Assembly (NCBI GenBank): GCA_951406725.2 | Contig: OX597814.1 | Span: 224,998,001 to 225,062,000, forward strand | Length of the DNA stretch: 64,000 nt | Source of the DNA: Octopus vulgaris | Lineage: Eukaryota | Reading direction: 5' to 3' | Part shown: positions 12,297 to 25,685 of the stretch, in pieces | Numbering within the stretch: the first letter of the stretch is position 1 | Layout of the letters: each line of letters begins with the position of its first letter | The notes under the pieces: model-generated | Seen by the model: only the letters and a program-made list of their open reading frames with translations | Told to the model about the DNA's origin: nothing | The model's database searches: none | Translations under genes and position numbers: made by a program

Positions 12297-14104
12297 CGAT
12301 GTTTCGTTACGTATTTTGGAGGGGTTGCAATTTTATTTATGGAATATATTTATCGATACGGTTGTACAATAGATAAATGTGTTTGAAAGTTGTGGTTTCA
12401 TTTGTTTGTTTGCTCCCAAACAACACTTATTTTAGTGCTGTTGACACCGCCGACTTGAATGGTACTGCTCAGGTGTCGAAACCATAATGATATCTGTGGG
12501 GCACCTGATGATGGAAGTATGTTGGATTACTGGTATCACTGTTTTTGTTTATATGGATTAGTATTATTGGATTGTTGGTATGGCTGTGGAATAGTATTAT
12601 AAGACATCCTTTTGATATATATATATATATATATGTATATACATGGAGTTAAACGCAGGTGTTATTCAAATTCTACAAAATTCAACTTTTAACTGTCTTC
12701 CATTTCACTTCCACTAAATATATCTATTTCCATGCCTTTAACCTTGATTGCTATTCACCTATCGCACTATGTTTCTCCACTTTTAATTTTCTGCTAATTT
12801 CTTTCTTCCTCCTCCGTCTCTCTCTATTAATTGTCTTTGACGTTACATATATATATATATTCCCTTCATCATATTCGCAGTAATCACATTCGGGTAAAAT
12901 GTCTTATCGATGAGTTCTGTTTCACATTTTTCCCTGATGAGAAGATTGCGTTAAATAGACACATTCATATCATTTCTTTCACTTTGATACAAGGTTTTTT
13001 CCTACAACATACGCTTTTACGTATTTTTTATGCCAAACTAAAGCCACATTAGGCAAGAGTATCAGATACACCTCATTATCAACTTCGGTTCTCTTTTCAA
13101 TTATTTAACAAATGCTTTATTTATTCTATTACCTGGCCATAACTGAACGTAAGAAGGAATTTAGTAGGAACTTCATAATTATCTTTCAGATGATATTGCT
13201 TCCAGATTTAGTATTTGCTGAACAAGAAAAATGGTCCCATAACAATATTATTGTGCAATTCGGTAGCTCCCATTAAAGAAAATGCACTTTATTACGACAA
13301 TACCTCGTTTAGCCTTTCCGAGATTCTTTATGTTTCATAATATATTTATTCTTATCGGCGGTGTCCCAGCATGGCCGCAGCTCCCGAGCTGAAATTAGTA
13401 AAGAAAGAAAAGAAAGCTGTCAAATTACTGCAGACCAAGAAATCTCTTCAGATTTACTTCTGTCAAATTCCAGACAATTATGTCAGCTATTTTTCTTTCT
13501 AGACCTTCATATAATTGAAGTGAAGCTTCGTACGGTAATAAAAGAAACTTTATTTTTCTCTTCTTGATATACGAGGAAAATAGTGTCTGTGGCAATTGTC
13601 ATCGTCTCAATCAACCAGTCTGCATTATTTATAAATCGAAATGCTATAGATTATTAATTTCTGTAAACACTCATCGTCAAACTAACACAGATTATGCAAA
13701 CATTCTCTGTAATTATATTTTATAAATATTCTTTAGTGTTAATAGATTTGACTGAAATGTAGGAAGTATAACAATTTCCTATGATATAATTGATCATTTG
13801 GTCAACATTTATAACTTAATCATTACAAAATGATTAAAGAAATGATACACTGAAATGAGATAATATCGTCTTCTTTGACTCCAGTTAATAGTTTCTCTTC
13901 TGATTTATGATTAAATAAAATACTCGAAATTTATGCACTAGCCATGACTACAGTTTATTCCTCCAAGAAGCAGTCAGAAATTCTGTTTTCATTTCTAATG
14001 AAAATAAATAAGCATCTCATATCATGTTGTGAAAATGTGAAAGTTGTGTGAATGTTGTACAAGCGTAGAAAAAAGATAATTTCTATCTCAACACTTACCT
14101 ATAG

Positions 14105-14491
14105 TTTACTATTTTACTCTTTTACTTGTTTCAGTCATTTGATTGTGGCCATGCAGGAGCACCGCCTTTAGTCGAGCAAATCGACTCCATGACATATTCT
14201 TTGTAAGCCTAATATATATTCTATCGGTCTCTTTTGCCGAACCGCTAAGTTACGGGGACGTAAACACACCAGCATCGGTTGTCAAGCGATGTTGGGGGGA
14301 CAAACACAGACACACACATACATATATACAACGGGCTTCTTTCAGTTTCCGTCTACCAAATCCACTCACAGGGCTTTGGTCAGCCCGTGGCTATAGTAGA
14401 AGACACTTGCTCAAGGTGCCATGCAGTGGGACTGAACCCGGAACCATGTGGTTGGTAAGCAAGCTACTTACCACACAGCCATTCCTGCATC
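14105..14491 (-). mobile_element. SINE family A, full length
   Basis: Close match to 57871-58286 and to the reverse complement of 60618-61023. Confidence 0.9.
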
Positions 14492-14979
14492 TATTAGATA
14501 TTACAATAAGCTGTAGAAGTTTTAAATCTTTTTAATCCTTCTAGAAGTCAGTGTTTACACCAAGAGTACGATAAGTAGCAAAGAGGGGGAAACAAATCGT
14601 TATACCCGACTTGATAAAGTTTGAGAGCAACATTTCAGCAGTATGGTGCTGATACACACGCACATAAGCACACATTCACATGCACAAACACACACATACA
14701 CAAGGAAAAACACGCATACACACACACATGCCCACACGCATATATGTATTCAAATTATGTAATAGAGGTAGCTCTACATGAAAATATTTATATATATGTC
14801 ATACTTCACGTATGTATATCCTTGAAAATTCAGAGCCTGCAGTAGTCGTCTGGAAGAAGATGCCTTTATAGACATCCTGTGTTAAAAACAATATAAATAT
14901 ATCGTGTTTCAATGACACATATTTTTCAACGATAATTATGCATTAAGTATGTTGTATAGATAAAAATTACACAGGCGGG

Positions 14980-15037
<58 letters not shown>

Positions 15038-15527
15038 GCGTTCATAAGAAGAAAGAGATGACAGCGGATATAACAAAAGTTATACAATGAAATTTATTAG
15101 CTTACACCTACACCAAGCGGTGGACTACTAGTTGAGTGTTCAGATACCATCGTGTAGCTTCATCGGAGCCTTGCGTATGAGATGTTTCCATAGGCATCAA
15201 CATAGACAGATATATATACTCCGAAAATGTAATTTTTCCAGATAAAGTGCACTTCATATTCAAGGCTCCGATAAAGCTATAGGATGTTAGACGGATGCTC
15301 AACTAATAGTTCACCGCATCTTATAGCAGAAACAGCTCTAAGCTAATGGAGTTCATTACATAACATTTGATTTTTCCGGTGTCATTCTTAATACCAATCT
15401 ATACTCATCTAATATTATGTTCTGAAGCCTGTGTATATTGAGTTCTACAACGGGTCACGAGTCTTGCTATGCTTAGGCAAAATATTAAAATACACGCATA
15501 CATATGTGTATGTGTGTGTGTGTGTGT

Positions 15528-15766
15528 ATTCTTTTATTTTTTCACTTGTTTCAGTCATTTCACTGCGGCCATGCTGGAACACTGCCTTAAAGGATTTTAG
15601 TCGAAGAACTCGATCCCAGGATCTATTCTTTGTGGGCCTGGTACATATTCTGTCAGTCTCTTTCGTTGAATCCCCAAGTTACGGCGACATAAACACACCA
15701 GCATCGGTTGTCAAGCGATGGTGGGGGGACAAACACAGACGCACACATAAACATATACATATATAC
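15528..15766 (-). mobile_element. SINE family A, 3' half
   Basis: CTTGTTTCAGTCATTT..GCGGCCATGCTGG..AAACACACCAGCATCGGTTGTCAAGCGATG. Confidence 0.85.
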
Positions 15767-16193
15767 TAAATGCTCGAAATGAGGAGTAGATACACAGCCG
15801 AACACTGATGAAGGGTGCTATCTCTGTGTTAACTTGTCCTGTTTTCCATTTTTTCTCTTTATTTACGTAATTCATTCGTTTTTTCCTCGTTTGTTTACGT
15901 ATTTCATACTATTTACTTCGTTGGTGACATTCCGTATCCACATATGCATGTATATGGATACGGGATCACTAACGAGGTGTCACCATCCATATTTGCATGT
16001 ATATATATATATATATATATATATACTTCCTCATTCTATATCGAGTGAAAAACGGTATGGACGTTTTGTTTTGGTGTCTCGCTCTGCTGTATACGACTAT
16101 GAGGATTTGCATCCACAACGAAACCCGTATTTTTCCCAAACTTCTCAAACCTGCTATAATGTAATACATGTCTATGGTGTGGTACTTGTGCGC

Positions 16194-16276
16194 GGCTGAA
16201 GAAGGCTATTGACATACATGTTACATCAATTATGCATTGATATAAACTGTCCAATAAAGCCAGAAACATATGTACC
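16194..16276 (+). ncRNA. Penelope-type hammerhead ribozyme with a long stem II
   Basis: GG-CUGAAGA-AGGCUAUUGACA...UGUCCAAUAAAGCCA-GAAAC-AUAU-GUA-CC; stem I reduced to about 2 bp. Confidence 0.55.
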
Positions 16277-16307
16277 AGTAAATTCTTTGCATCCTGTTTT
16301 TCTTTTG

Positions 16308-16363
<56 letters not shown>

Positions 16364-16639
16364 CTATAAATACTTTCCAGTACTCTCAGTATCAAGAATA
16401 CTCTTTTGGTGTCAAAAGCTAAAACAAGTGACGCATTCTTGTCCTTCTGCAACCTCAATGGTAAGGGCTGCTTTTGCATGGATTTGTCGGAGACGTTTCT
16501 GGGTAGCACTTAGACTTTAGATACTACCATGATTAATACGCAATCTCAACATCTATTCGCTGACAACTGCATGAAAACATTGCGGAGGAGAGGAGTCGAG
16601 AAGGTTGCAGCTTTAGAGAGAAAGGATTCTGTGAAGGAA

Positions 16640-16835
16640 GGCGGCGGGGCTGGCAGAAACGTCAGCACACCGGGCTGCGGCTACGTTCTGAGTTCAAATT
16701 CCGCCAAGGTCGACTTTGCCTTTCATCCTTTCGGGGTCGATAAATTAAGTACCAGTTACGCACTGGGGTCGATGTAATCGACTTGATCCTTTTGTCTCTG
16801 AAGTTTCTAATTGTGGACCTCAGTGGTAAGAGGAT
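16640..16835 (+). mobile_element. SINE family B
   Basis: GGCGGCGGGGCTGGCAGAAACG..GAGTTCAAATTCCGCCAAGGTCGACTTTGCCTTTCATCCTTTCGGGGTCGATAAA. Confidence 0.8.
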
Positions 16836-17129
16836 CATACACAGAAGAAAGAAAAAAGATGTTTCGAAGGAGGAAGTACATTCCAAATTGTTTATTAACA
16901 TTTTTGTTTTCATCTTTTAGTCAAGAAAGAAAATAGTGTCCGTGACCCTCACAAGCTATTGGAAAGGAAGAAAGAAGCTTTCCTCAAATCGGGAACCTGA
17001 CCCAAATAGTTACAACAGAATATATTCGGTTTAAGGCACTCAAGGTGCCGAGCAATGGATTAAATCTACCATCGAAGCAGGCCTTTGTGGGATTTGAATT
17101 CAGAACTCAAAAAACTGGAACAAATACTA

Positions 17130-17292
17130 TCAGGCATTCGCTCTTTATTGGTACTTTCTTTATCGACTCTGAAAGGATGAAAGTCAAATTTAACCTCGGA
17201 GAACTTTGAACTCAGAGTGCTGAGTGTCACAAGAAATATCGCGAAGCTTTTTATCTCGTACTCTAAAACCTTTGCTAAATAGCAGAAGCCCA
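17130..17292 (-). mobile_element. SINE family B, degenerate
   Basis: Reverse-complement match to the TTTCATCCTTTC.G.GTCGATAAA core. Confidence 0.55.
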
Positions 17293-17439
17293 TAGAAAGG
17301 AATTTTTTCTAGTCGTGTCTTCTTAGAAGTGACAGTTAATTTTAAGAAGGATGACTTCAAGCCACAATGAAACTGAACAACAATAGTGTTAGCTGGTATG
17401 TGTTGATCGATGAATATTTATCAGTCACTTGGACGGCCT

Positions 17440-17750
17440 GCTTTTAGTCGTATTCCAGAATGTTCATGTATGTGTCTCGCGCTTACGGTTCCATCTGATA
17501 TATATGAGAAGTTCTCCAGTAAGTACCTCACTCTATTTTATAGACGATCAGCAGGCGAACAGGGTTGTAGTTTGTAAAAAGAAAACCTACATTTGAGGAA
17601 GTAGTTTTGACGATTCTATTTGCGAAGTAGCCAAGAGATAGCTCACCGAGATTATAAAATCTAGCTTAATGACTGAGGGGTTCAATAGTGCGCCGCTATT
17701 TATAGCGAAATAGAGTGTAATAAAACATTGTTCCTTTGCTAAGTGTAGTG
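17440..17750 (-). mobile_element. Ancient CR1/L2/Jockey-group LINE remnant (post-RT region)
   Basis: Broken peptides RIVKTTSSNVGFLF and LENFSYISDG resemble the K.ASQKLGFL..LEYCSHIWGG region. Confidence 0.3.
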
Positions 17751-19634
17751 TGTGAACCTTCGTTCTGTTAAAGGAGATTTGATTGCCATGTCACTATAAA
17801 CGGATGTTTTTGAATTCTGTATTCAAGGAGGTAGTAAACGCTTGATGTGAAATGATTATACTTTGTGTAGATGATGTCTGTGTGTTAAAACTTTATAAAG
17901 AAGTTAAGAGTTGTATCATGATTAGTAGAAGAGTGGGTATTGTAAGAAGAGGTAGCAAGCAGGTTGTTATCATGTAGAAGTAAGCGAGTGAGAGACACGA
18001 TGAGTTCATAACAGCAATGGCAGAATATACAGTGAGAAAATACGACTTAATCTCATAAATTCTGTTAGGTCATATCAAATCAATCTTACTTAATTCGATT
18101 GCATTCTAACAGTTGATACGCATTGACAATAGACTTCTTAACTACAACACTTATTGAATTGACGTCCAAAGTTTCGTAATCAAATAACTCACGATTAGAA
18201 CAGCTGAATATTAGATGTGACGTTAATGTTTTGAAAGCACGATATTTAGATGCTGATATCTAGTTTACCCTCCAGCTAAAATTTTGATTTAGCTCTGTTC
18301 TGTTATTATTAAATTTAACTGAATTATATATTCATTCAATATTTCTTCGGACACGTGATATAATTTCAACCTAAATATCAATTCTTAGATTTTATTTTCC
18401 AAGTAAAAATATACAACTTTTGTCATAATGTTTATTTCTCGATTTGTTTCTGAACCATCAGTCATTCCTGCAAGTTTTTGTCCATGGTGTCTTATGATAT
18501 TATCATTTAGATATTTGATCAACCAGCAATTGTTTTCGTTCGTATATTTAAAGAGCCTACACAAAATATTTGAGCAATATGAACATCTGAAGTAGTATTC
18601 CACAAAATATACTGTATAAAGCTGTTATATACGATATGGATTCAGACTTAAATATTGCAACTTATGGAGAATATATTCGATAATTTCCACCTAGACTGGA
18701 GATTTACGGAATTGTTCCCTTATTAAAGAAGGGTTAGATTTTTGAAAAAAAAAAAAAAAAAAGGAAACCCATTATTTTCCAAAATATACAAGCCTCTCTC
18801 TGCTTGCAAGGTATTTATTTATAGCTAGGACTGAGACAGCGAATATAAAATTCCTGTTCATGCAAGCCGGGAAACATAAATGAGAGGCTATAACATGCTG
18901 ATCAATATCCTATCGACTCAACTAGCTGCGAGTCTCACAATGCAGGAGAGAATAGAAGATAAAATAACTAAATACATACAAAATGCAAGCCATCTCCCGT
19001 GTGTCGTATAATGATTTTAAAGCAGCCATTATACATTTTCTGAAGTTGCTTTCATAAGAAAATAATAAAAATAATATTAGTTATTTATTTTACTAAAGCG
19101 TCGAGTTCTGTGTAAAATAAACGAAACGAAAACAAAGCATTGTATTTGAAGCTCACTGATCCTTTCCAAAAGCTACTTCCATATTATTGTCCCTGGCTTC
19201 TGTGAATTCAGTATTAAACCTTTGATGCTGATTGATGAAATTGATGTGAACGATACAAATGCAAATGTGTGACGTCCACGAAAGTTTCTTTTCAACCTAA
19301 CTCTCCTGATTACAATTGGACGCAGCGTAACTTTTAATTTGGACACCAGGGCAGCATCCCCAGCTCTCTCACAGCTTTTGTTTTTAAAGTTTTCAGCTTG
19401 CCTTGTGTATTCTGAGGAATCACCTAATTATTTCAAATATTCATCATTCCCATTCCCCTGTCTCTCTTCCTCTTTGTCTTCATCTCTGTCTCTGTCTCTC
19501 TGTGTTAGCCACTCTCCGTATATGTTAGCCAGACACTTTGTATTTATTTAACCATCCATCTATTACTCTCTCTGCATCTCTATCTTCTGTCTCTCAATCC
19601 CCTGTTCCACTTGCTTTTCCCCCTTCTCTCCCTC

Positions 19635-19723
<89 letters not shown>

Positions 19724-20000
19724 GCCTATTTCTCTTATACTCAATTTAAACATTATTACTTTAAAACATTACACAATCGCGCGCGTGTAAAATGGTGATT
19801 CAGTTCCAGTACACCTCAAACTCAGCACACTTGGGCGAGCTTAACATCAAAATATCATTGGCTGGTGGTTATTTATCGAAACGGAAAAATGATAAAAGGC
19901 GAAGTTGACTTATTCCGGAATAAACGGATGTAACTAAGCACCGTAAGGCAGTTTTGTTCGACGCATTAGCGATTCTTTAACAACAACAACAACAACAACA

Positions 20001-20554
20001 ATATTGTCCTAAAAGAAGTTGAGAAAATGTCAAAGTACAAAGACCTCGAAATTGAAATATTCAAGATGTGCGGAATGAAGGTGAAAACAATTCAAGTAAT
20101 AATTAGAGAATTGGGCATGATAAATATAAAACATATGAATAAAAAGGTAGAAGTTATACCTGGATCCTGCACACTGCACACTATCCCCCCCCCCAAATAG
20201 CCCTGCTAGGAACAGCCCACGTTCTACGCAAGACACCATCAGTTCAATAATAAAACCTGAACAAAACAATTGACGAACACAAGACACACTCTATACTGCA
20301 AATCTCCAGTGAAATAACCTATGACTAGCAAGCCGAATGCCCAACGCATTACACATACAACATACAATACAAATACTAATGCACCAAAAGACTGCACCAT
20401 TCCTCAAAAAAGACAGAAAAAGGAAACTGGCGCAATACAATACCGAGAAGAGTTCCCAACAACAACAAAAAAAAGACCACACTATGCTGCCCCCCACCCC
20501 CTAGCAAGACGGAGGTGTAGCAGGTGATGCATCAGAAATTTACCTCAAACTACG

Positions 20555-20558
<4 letters not shown>
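20001..20558 (+). mobile_element. Older R4/Dong-clade 3' fragment (family 3) ending at (TAA)n
   Basis: NIVLKEVEKMSKYKDLEIEIFKMCGMKVKTIQVII..QIALLGTAHVLRKTPSVQ*, then a 3' UTR, then (TAA)n at about 20562-20612. Confidence 0.75.
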
Positions 20559-20615
<57 letters not shown>

Positions 20616-20639
20616 TGATGATGATCATGATAATTTATT

Positions 20640-20736
20640 GGGGTTCGATAAATTAAATACTAGTGAAATACTGGAGTTAATGTAATCGATTCATCCCCTC
20701 CCACAAAATTGCTGACCTAGTGGCAAAATTTGAAAC

Positions 20737-20792
<56 letters not shown>
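20640..20792 (+). mobile_element. SINE family B 3' part with an expanded (TAT)n tail (20737-20792)
   Basis: GGG.TCGATAAATTAA.TAC.AG core and 3' segment shared with 25590-25685. Confidence 0.55.
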
Positions 20793-20793
<1 letters not shown>

Positions 20794-23700
20794 TTTTTTT
20801 TTTCTTCTTTCAAATTTGCTTCCATTTCTTGCCAAGTGTCTTGCCAAGAAACTCATAGTATACATTGGTAGGCCATTAAACCAAACTCAGTAGTTCGTTC
20901 ATTTTTTTTTTAAAGTTAAATTAAAATACATGAGCAGCAACAGTACTCACATCGACAATGCTCTTCTCAATACGTGTGATGTACCAGTTAAGACAATCTT
21001 TTGCACTTCTTGCAGGGATGGTAAGCCAGGGATCATTCTCATATAATTTTCGGTTCCCTTCTTGATCATTCCTAGTGCTGCTACGATCACTGGTATTGTA
21101 ACCGCCTTGAGATGCCACATTTTCTCAATTTCAATGAGTAGGTCTTTATATTTTCCGAGCTTGTCAAACTCTTTCGCTGAGATATTATGATCACAGGGGA
21201 TGCTCATGTCGATCAATAAGCAAACTTTATTGTTTTGGTCTTTCACAACAATATCTGGTTTATTGGCCTTGATGGTTCGGTCTGTATGTACTGGAAAGTC
21301 CCACAGAATGGTTACATTTTCTCCTTCAGTTACAGCCTCAAGGTGGTGATTATACCACTTGTCGGCAGTTTTGATATTGTAATGCCGACTTATTAGCCAG
21401 TGTAGATATTGGCCAACTCTGTCATGTCTTAATTTATACTCCACTGGTGCTAAGACTTTACATCCAGAGATTAGGTGGTCCACTGTTTCAATCATGTCGT
21501 TGCAGAATCGGCATTTTGGGTCTGCTCCATTTTTCATTACATTGTCCTAGTAGTTCCGGGTTAATAGGCTTTGATCTTGAGCAGCCAGGATGAAACCTTC
21601 GCTCTCTGCTTTTAGCCCTGAGCTCCGTAGCCACTGATGGGTTTGCTTCTGGTCAACATCAGCTTGTTTGCTGCGGGTCACCTATTTGCCGTGCAGAGGC
21701 TTCTCCTCCCACCTATCAGCCAATTGCTCGTGCGCTTTCTTCATTGCCATCATTTTCACCTTCTTTGCAACAATAGTCGCCGTACTTCCCTCGGGTTGTT
21801 CAGTTTGGGTATCCTGCACGAGATCAATAGCAAATGTTTTGCTTTCCTTTATGATAGAATGAAGCTTCTTTCGTCTCTCGTGATTTTCCACGAGCTTTAG
21901 CATCCAGTCATTCGATATTTCGAGATATTTGGCCAGTCCAATTGTGGTTGTTTTGTAAGCTAGTTCAAATTGGATCAGGCCTCGACCTCCTTGGGCTCTG
22001 GGAAGGTAAAGGCGATCTACGTCTGCCTTTGGGTGGTGCATCCTATTACAACTCAGCAGCTTGCGTATTTTTCTATCTATATTCTTTACTTCACTCATAT
22101 TCCAGTTCAACACATTGTAGCTATAAGTAACAACTGGAACTGCTAAGGAATTTATAGCTAACACCTTGTTACGTGCATTTAGTTCAGATTTCAGGACTGC
22201 ACGAACTCTCCTATAACATTCCTTCCTGATCTTCTCTTTCATGCTTGCATGCTGAATACCAGAGCCTTCATTTATCCCCAAATATTTGTATGTTTGTTCT
22301 TGCTCAAGCTCTCTTATGACTGTGTCAACATCTAACACGACTGAATTTGTGGTCTTCACTTTCCCTTTCTGGAAAGTGGCCTTGGCACACTTCTCAAGTC
22401 CAAACTCCATCCCGATGTCATCGCTGAATGCTTTCACGGTGCGCAATAGGCCTTCAAGTTCATTATTGTCTTTACTATAAAGTTTTAAGTCATCCATATA
22501 AAATAGATGGCTTATTTTTTTATTGGCAATTTTATACCCATACCCTGTTCTGTTTAATTCACGTGTAAGGGGTATTAGGGCTATGCAGAATATTAAAGGT
22601 GAAAGTGAGTCACCTTGAAAAATTCCACAGTTGATGTTTATATTTTCTGAGGCAAGTACTCCATTAGAGTGGTATAATTGGAGATTCGTATTCCACAACG
22701 ACATATTGTGCTTCAGGAAGTTTGAAATCACAGGGGAAATTTTGAAGATGTCCAGCGATCTCAAGATCCATGGATGCGGTATACTGTCGAAGGCCTTTTT
22801 GTAGTCAATCCATGCGGTGCTGAGATTTCTGCGCTTGTTGTGACAGTTCTCAAGGATCATACGATTGATTAGCAGTTGATCTTTGCATCCGTAAGAGCCT
22901 CGGCGGCACCCTTTTTGTTCAATGGGGAAAATATCGTTCTTCTCCATGAATGCATATGTTTTCTCCGCCAGGATAGATGTTAGGATTTTATACGTGGTGG
23001 ATAGACAGGTTATAGGCCGATAGTTTTTTGGAAGGTTGGTTTCGTTATTCTTTGGGAGTAGGTAAGTAATGCCACTTGCTAACCATTCAGGTGTTTTCTT
23101 TAGGTCTCTCATAATTCCATTAAGCAGCTGAACTAGCTTACCGTGTGCGCATGGGAGCGATGCGAGCCAGAAATTCGGCACCCTATCTTTACCGGGGATT
23201 TCCAATTATGGGCCTTCGTGAGTGCCTTTCTTAGGTCTGCTATTGTGATGTCTTCCCATGCTTGTTGTTGTAAATTTTGGTAGGATCCTTCAGTTTGTAT
23301 AATCCAGTCTGCATTTATGTTGTACGTCTTCTTGTCACTCCAAATCCTTTTCCAAAAGTTTTGAACTTCTTCCATGGGAGGGGGTCTTTAACGGTTACTT
23401 TCTCCTTCCCTATTTCTCTGTAGAATTTTTTGGCATTGGATGTGAACAGCTTATTTTGCTTGTAAAACTTGTTTCTCTTCTCAAATCTTCGTATTCTTTG
23501 GGCTTTTGCTTGGACTTTTTGTTTCAGCGTTTCTTTTATTGATATCAGTTCTTCTCTTGGTGAGGATCCAAATTTTCTCTTCATCTTTCTTCCTGTTCTG
23601 GATCTTACATCATTTCCACATATTAGTTAATTTAATATTGATATTTCCCTCTCATAAATTCAATCTCTTTTTCAATTTTACTTCTCCAGGTTTGATTTCT

Positions 23701-24743
23701 TCCCAGGTTTTGTTTTCTTTGTTTTTTCGGGGGCATACAGCTGGTTTCAATTGCCCTAGCAGAAGCGTAAATAATTTCATTTAACTCAGTAAAATCAGGT
23801 TTTAATTCTCGTATTATTTCATTTGTTACATAGTTGCCAATTTGGATTTGTTTTTTATTTTGGTTTGTATTTGAGAGTTTATGAAGTGGTTCTCTATCAT
23901 TCATACTTGTATGTCTTACAACTTCAAGCGTATTCAGGATTTTCTGCCTCATTTCTGCCATAGACTCTCTGTGTTCTTCAGCAAATGCGAGATCTTCAGT
24001 TAGTATTGTTTTTTCGTTTTCCTGGCTATCTTTAACAGGTACAATAGAATTTCTTGTATCTTCAGGCCTTTGCGTACTTTGGTCAGATGGCAGTCTTTCA
24101 ATTAAGCCTCGTGGCGGGCTATACTGTTCATCTGATTCTTCATTTCCTTTGTGTCTTATATTTATGTCATTTTCCGTTGCGTGCTTGATCGCGCTTGTTT
24201 CACTGTCTGTGAGTCTGTTATTTCTAAGGATATCTCTCCTCACATTTGCTAATCTGTTCTCGTCCAAATAGGGCCTTTCTGTCTTGATTCCGTGTTCTCC
24301 ATATACTGTAAGAGTTTGCGGTGTGTCTCTCTTGAGATGGCCTACCTAATGCATAGTAATAAGCGTATATTACTTCTTTATACTCTTCTCGAGTCCATTT
24401 GTTCCGCTTACATTTTTCTTTCTATGGTGGTTGTGGTGGTGAACTTGGAGGGCTCGAGTTGGGGGATTTCCCGTTCAAGTGACCATCCATGTCCGTATTC
24501 GGAGAAGAGTTTGTGCCAGTTGATGACTTTTCGATCCCAGGCTGGCTCTTCCCTGGGGGACGCGCTTCCAGATTAACCATAGGACAAGCGATTTGGTATA
24601 CTGATTTAGTTTTCCTTTTAGTTTCCAAAAACATTTTGGTGCTACGATAATGTTATCATTTTGTAGCTTTGATTGGCTCGTGGGGAGACGGCCATCATTG
24701 CTGTTACAATTATAATCGTACCATTATAGCAGCCGTAGTCGGC
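20793..24743 (-). mobile_element. Near full-length R4/Dong-clade non-LTR retrotransposon (RT plus restriction-like endonuclease)
   Basis: N-terminal KWTREEYKEVIYAYY; RT motifs YRPITCL, IDYKKAFDS, GIFQGDSLSP, YMDD; CRFC..HLISGC zinc knuckle; RHD; KPDIVV..LIDMSIP..K.GKY RLE; 3' end abuts (TAA)n. The 5' limit is uncertain (24743, possibly ~24990). Confidence 0.92.
20947..24634 (-). pseudogene. Disrupted single ORF of the Dong element (RT-RLE polyprotein)
   Basis: Collinear ORF pieces 24634-24422, 24267-23632, 23584-23315, 23375-23133, 23205-21682 and 21537-20947, separated by frameshifts and stops. Confidence 0.88.
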
Positions 24744-24986
24744 TTATTATTGTTATTATCATCACCATTATTATCACTATCATCATTATCACCACCATTA
24801 CCATCATCATTATCCTCATCACCATCACCATCACCACCATCATCATCAATGATATTGTTTTATGTGTAGTCACAGTAGTATCTTATTATTGTTATTTTTG
24901 TTTTTTTTTATCATTATCACCATCACAGTAGTGTCTGTCTGTCTCGTTGGCTGGCTGACTGTCTTCAACACCAGAGTTCTTGCCTG

Positions 24987-24988
<2 letters not shown>

Positions 24989-25072
<84 letters not shown>
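24989..25072. repeat. (TAT)n microsatellite
   Basis: Seen directly. Confidence 0.95.
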
Positions 25073-25075
<3 letters not shown>

Positions 25076-25438
25076 TAGTTTTATTTTTATAGCGTGCTTT
25101 CACTTCACTACCGAGCGCAGCTCTGTGTGCCTTGGGTATGTGCTGTGATTTGTTGTGATGCTCTGATGGTTATTGTATGGAAAGTGTTCTGCGTAGGATG
25201 TGTGCAGTGCCTAGTAGTGCAATTTTCTGTATGTTATGTGTTTGTAAGTCCTGGTGTTTTTTGTTATGTATTTGTCTGAATGTTTTTTTATAATGCCTAA
25301 TGCACCTACTATGATAGGAATTGTTTCTGTTTTTAGATTCCACATTCTGGTTACCTCTATTTCCAGGACTTTGTATTTTGAAAGTTTCTCCATTTCTTTT
25401 AGAGACACGTTGTCATCTGCCGGTATTGATACATCAAT
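25073..25438 (-). mobile_element. 5'-truncated R4/Dong 3' end (family 2) inside (TAA)n
   Basis: IDVSIPADDNVSLKEMEKLSKYKVLEIEVTRMWNLKTETIPIIVGALG RLE C-terminus; same 3' junction as 8536. Confidence 0.88.
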
Positions 25439-25462
25439 TATTATTATTATTATTATTATCAA

Positions 25463-25685
25463 GGCGGTGAGCTGGCAGAATCGTTAGCACGCCAAGCAAA
25501 AATGTTTAGTTGCATTTCGTCCGTCTTTGCGTTCTGAGTTCTGAGTTCAAATCCAGCCGAGGTTGACTTTGCCAGTCATTCTTTCGGAGTCGATAAAATA
25601 AGTACCAGATGATTTCTGGGGCTAATATAATCGACTATTTGCTTCCGCAAAATGTCATGCCTTGTGCCTATAGTAGAAAGGATCA
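25463..25685 (+). mobile_element. SINE family B, full length
   Basis: GGCGGTGAGCTGGCAGAATCGTTAGCACGCC head, GAGTTCAAATCC B box, shared core. Confidence 0.8.

Noticed and set aside
12470-12540. CTGATGA and CGAAAC hammerhead-like words (also 15804 and 32018)
   Set aside because: Could not assemble stems I-III in a valid order
15101-15302. Possible minus-strand exon ending at a GTAAG donor
   Set aside because: The frames examined hit stops before the donor and the peptides are not recognisable
18385-18603. 72-aa minus-strand ORF with CxxC
   Set aside because: No recognisable domain or convincing splice context; length is within chance expectation
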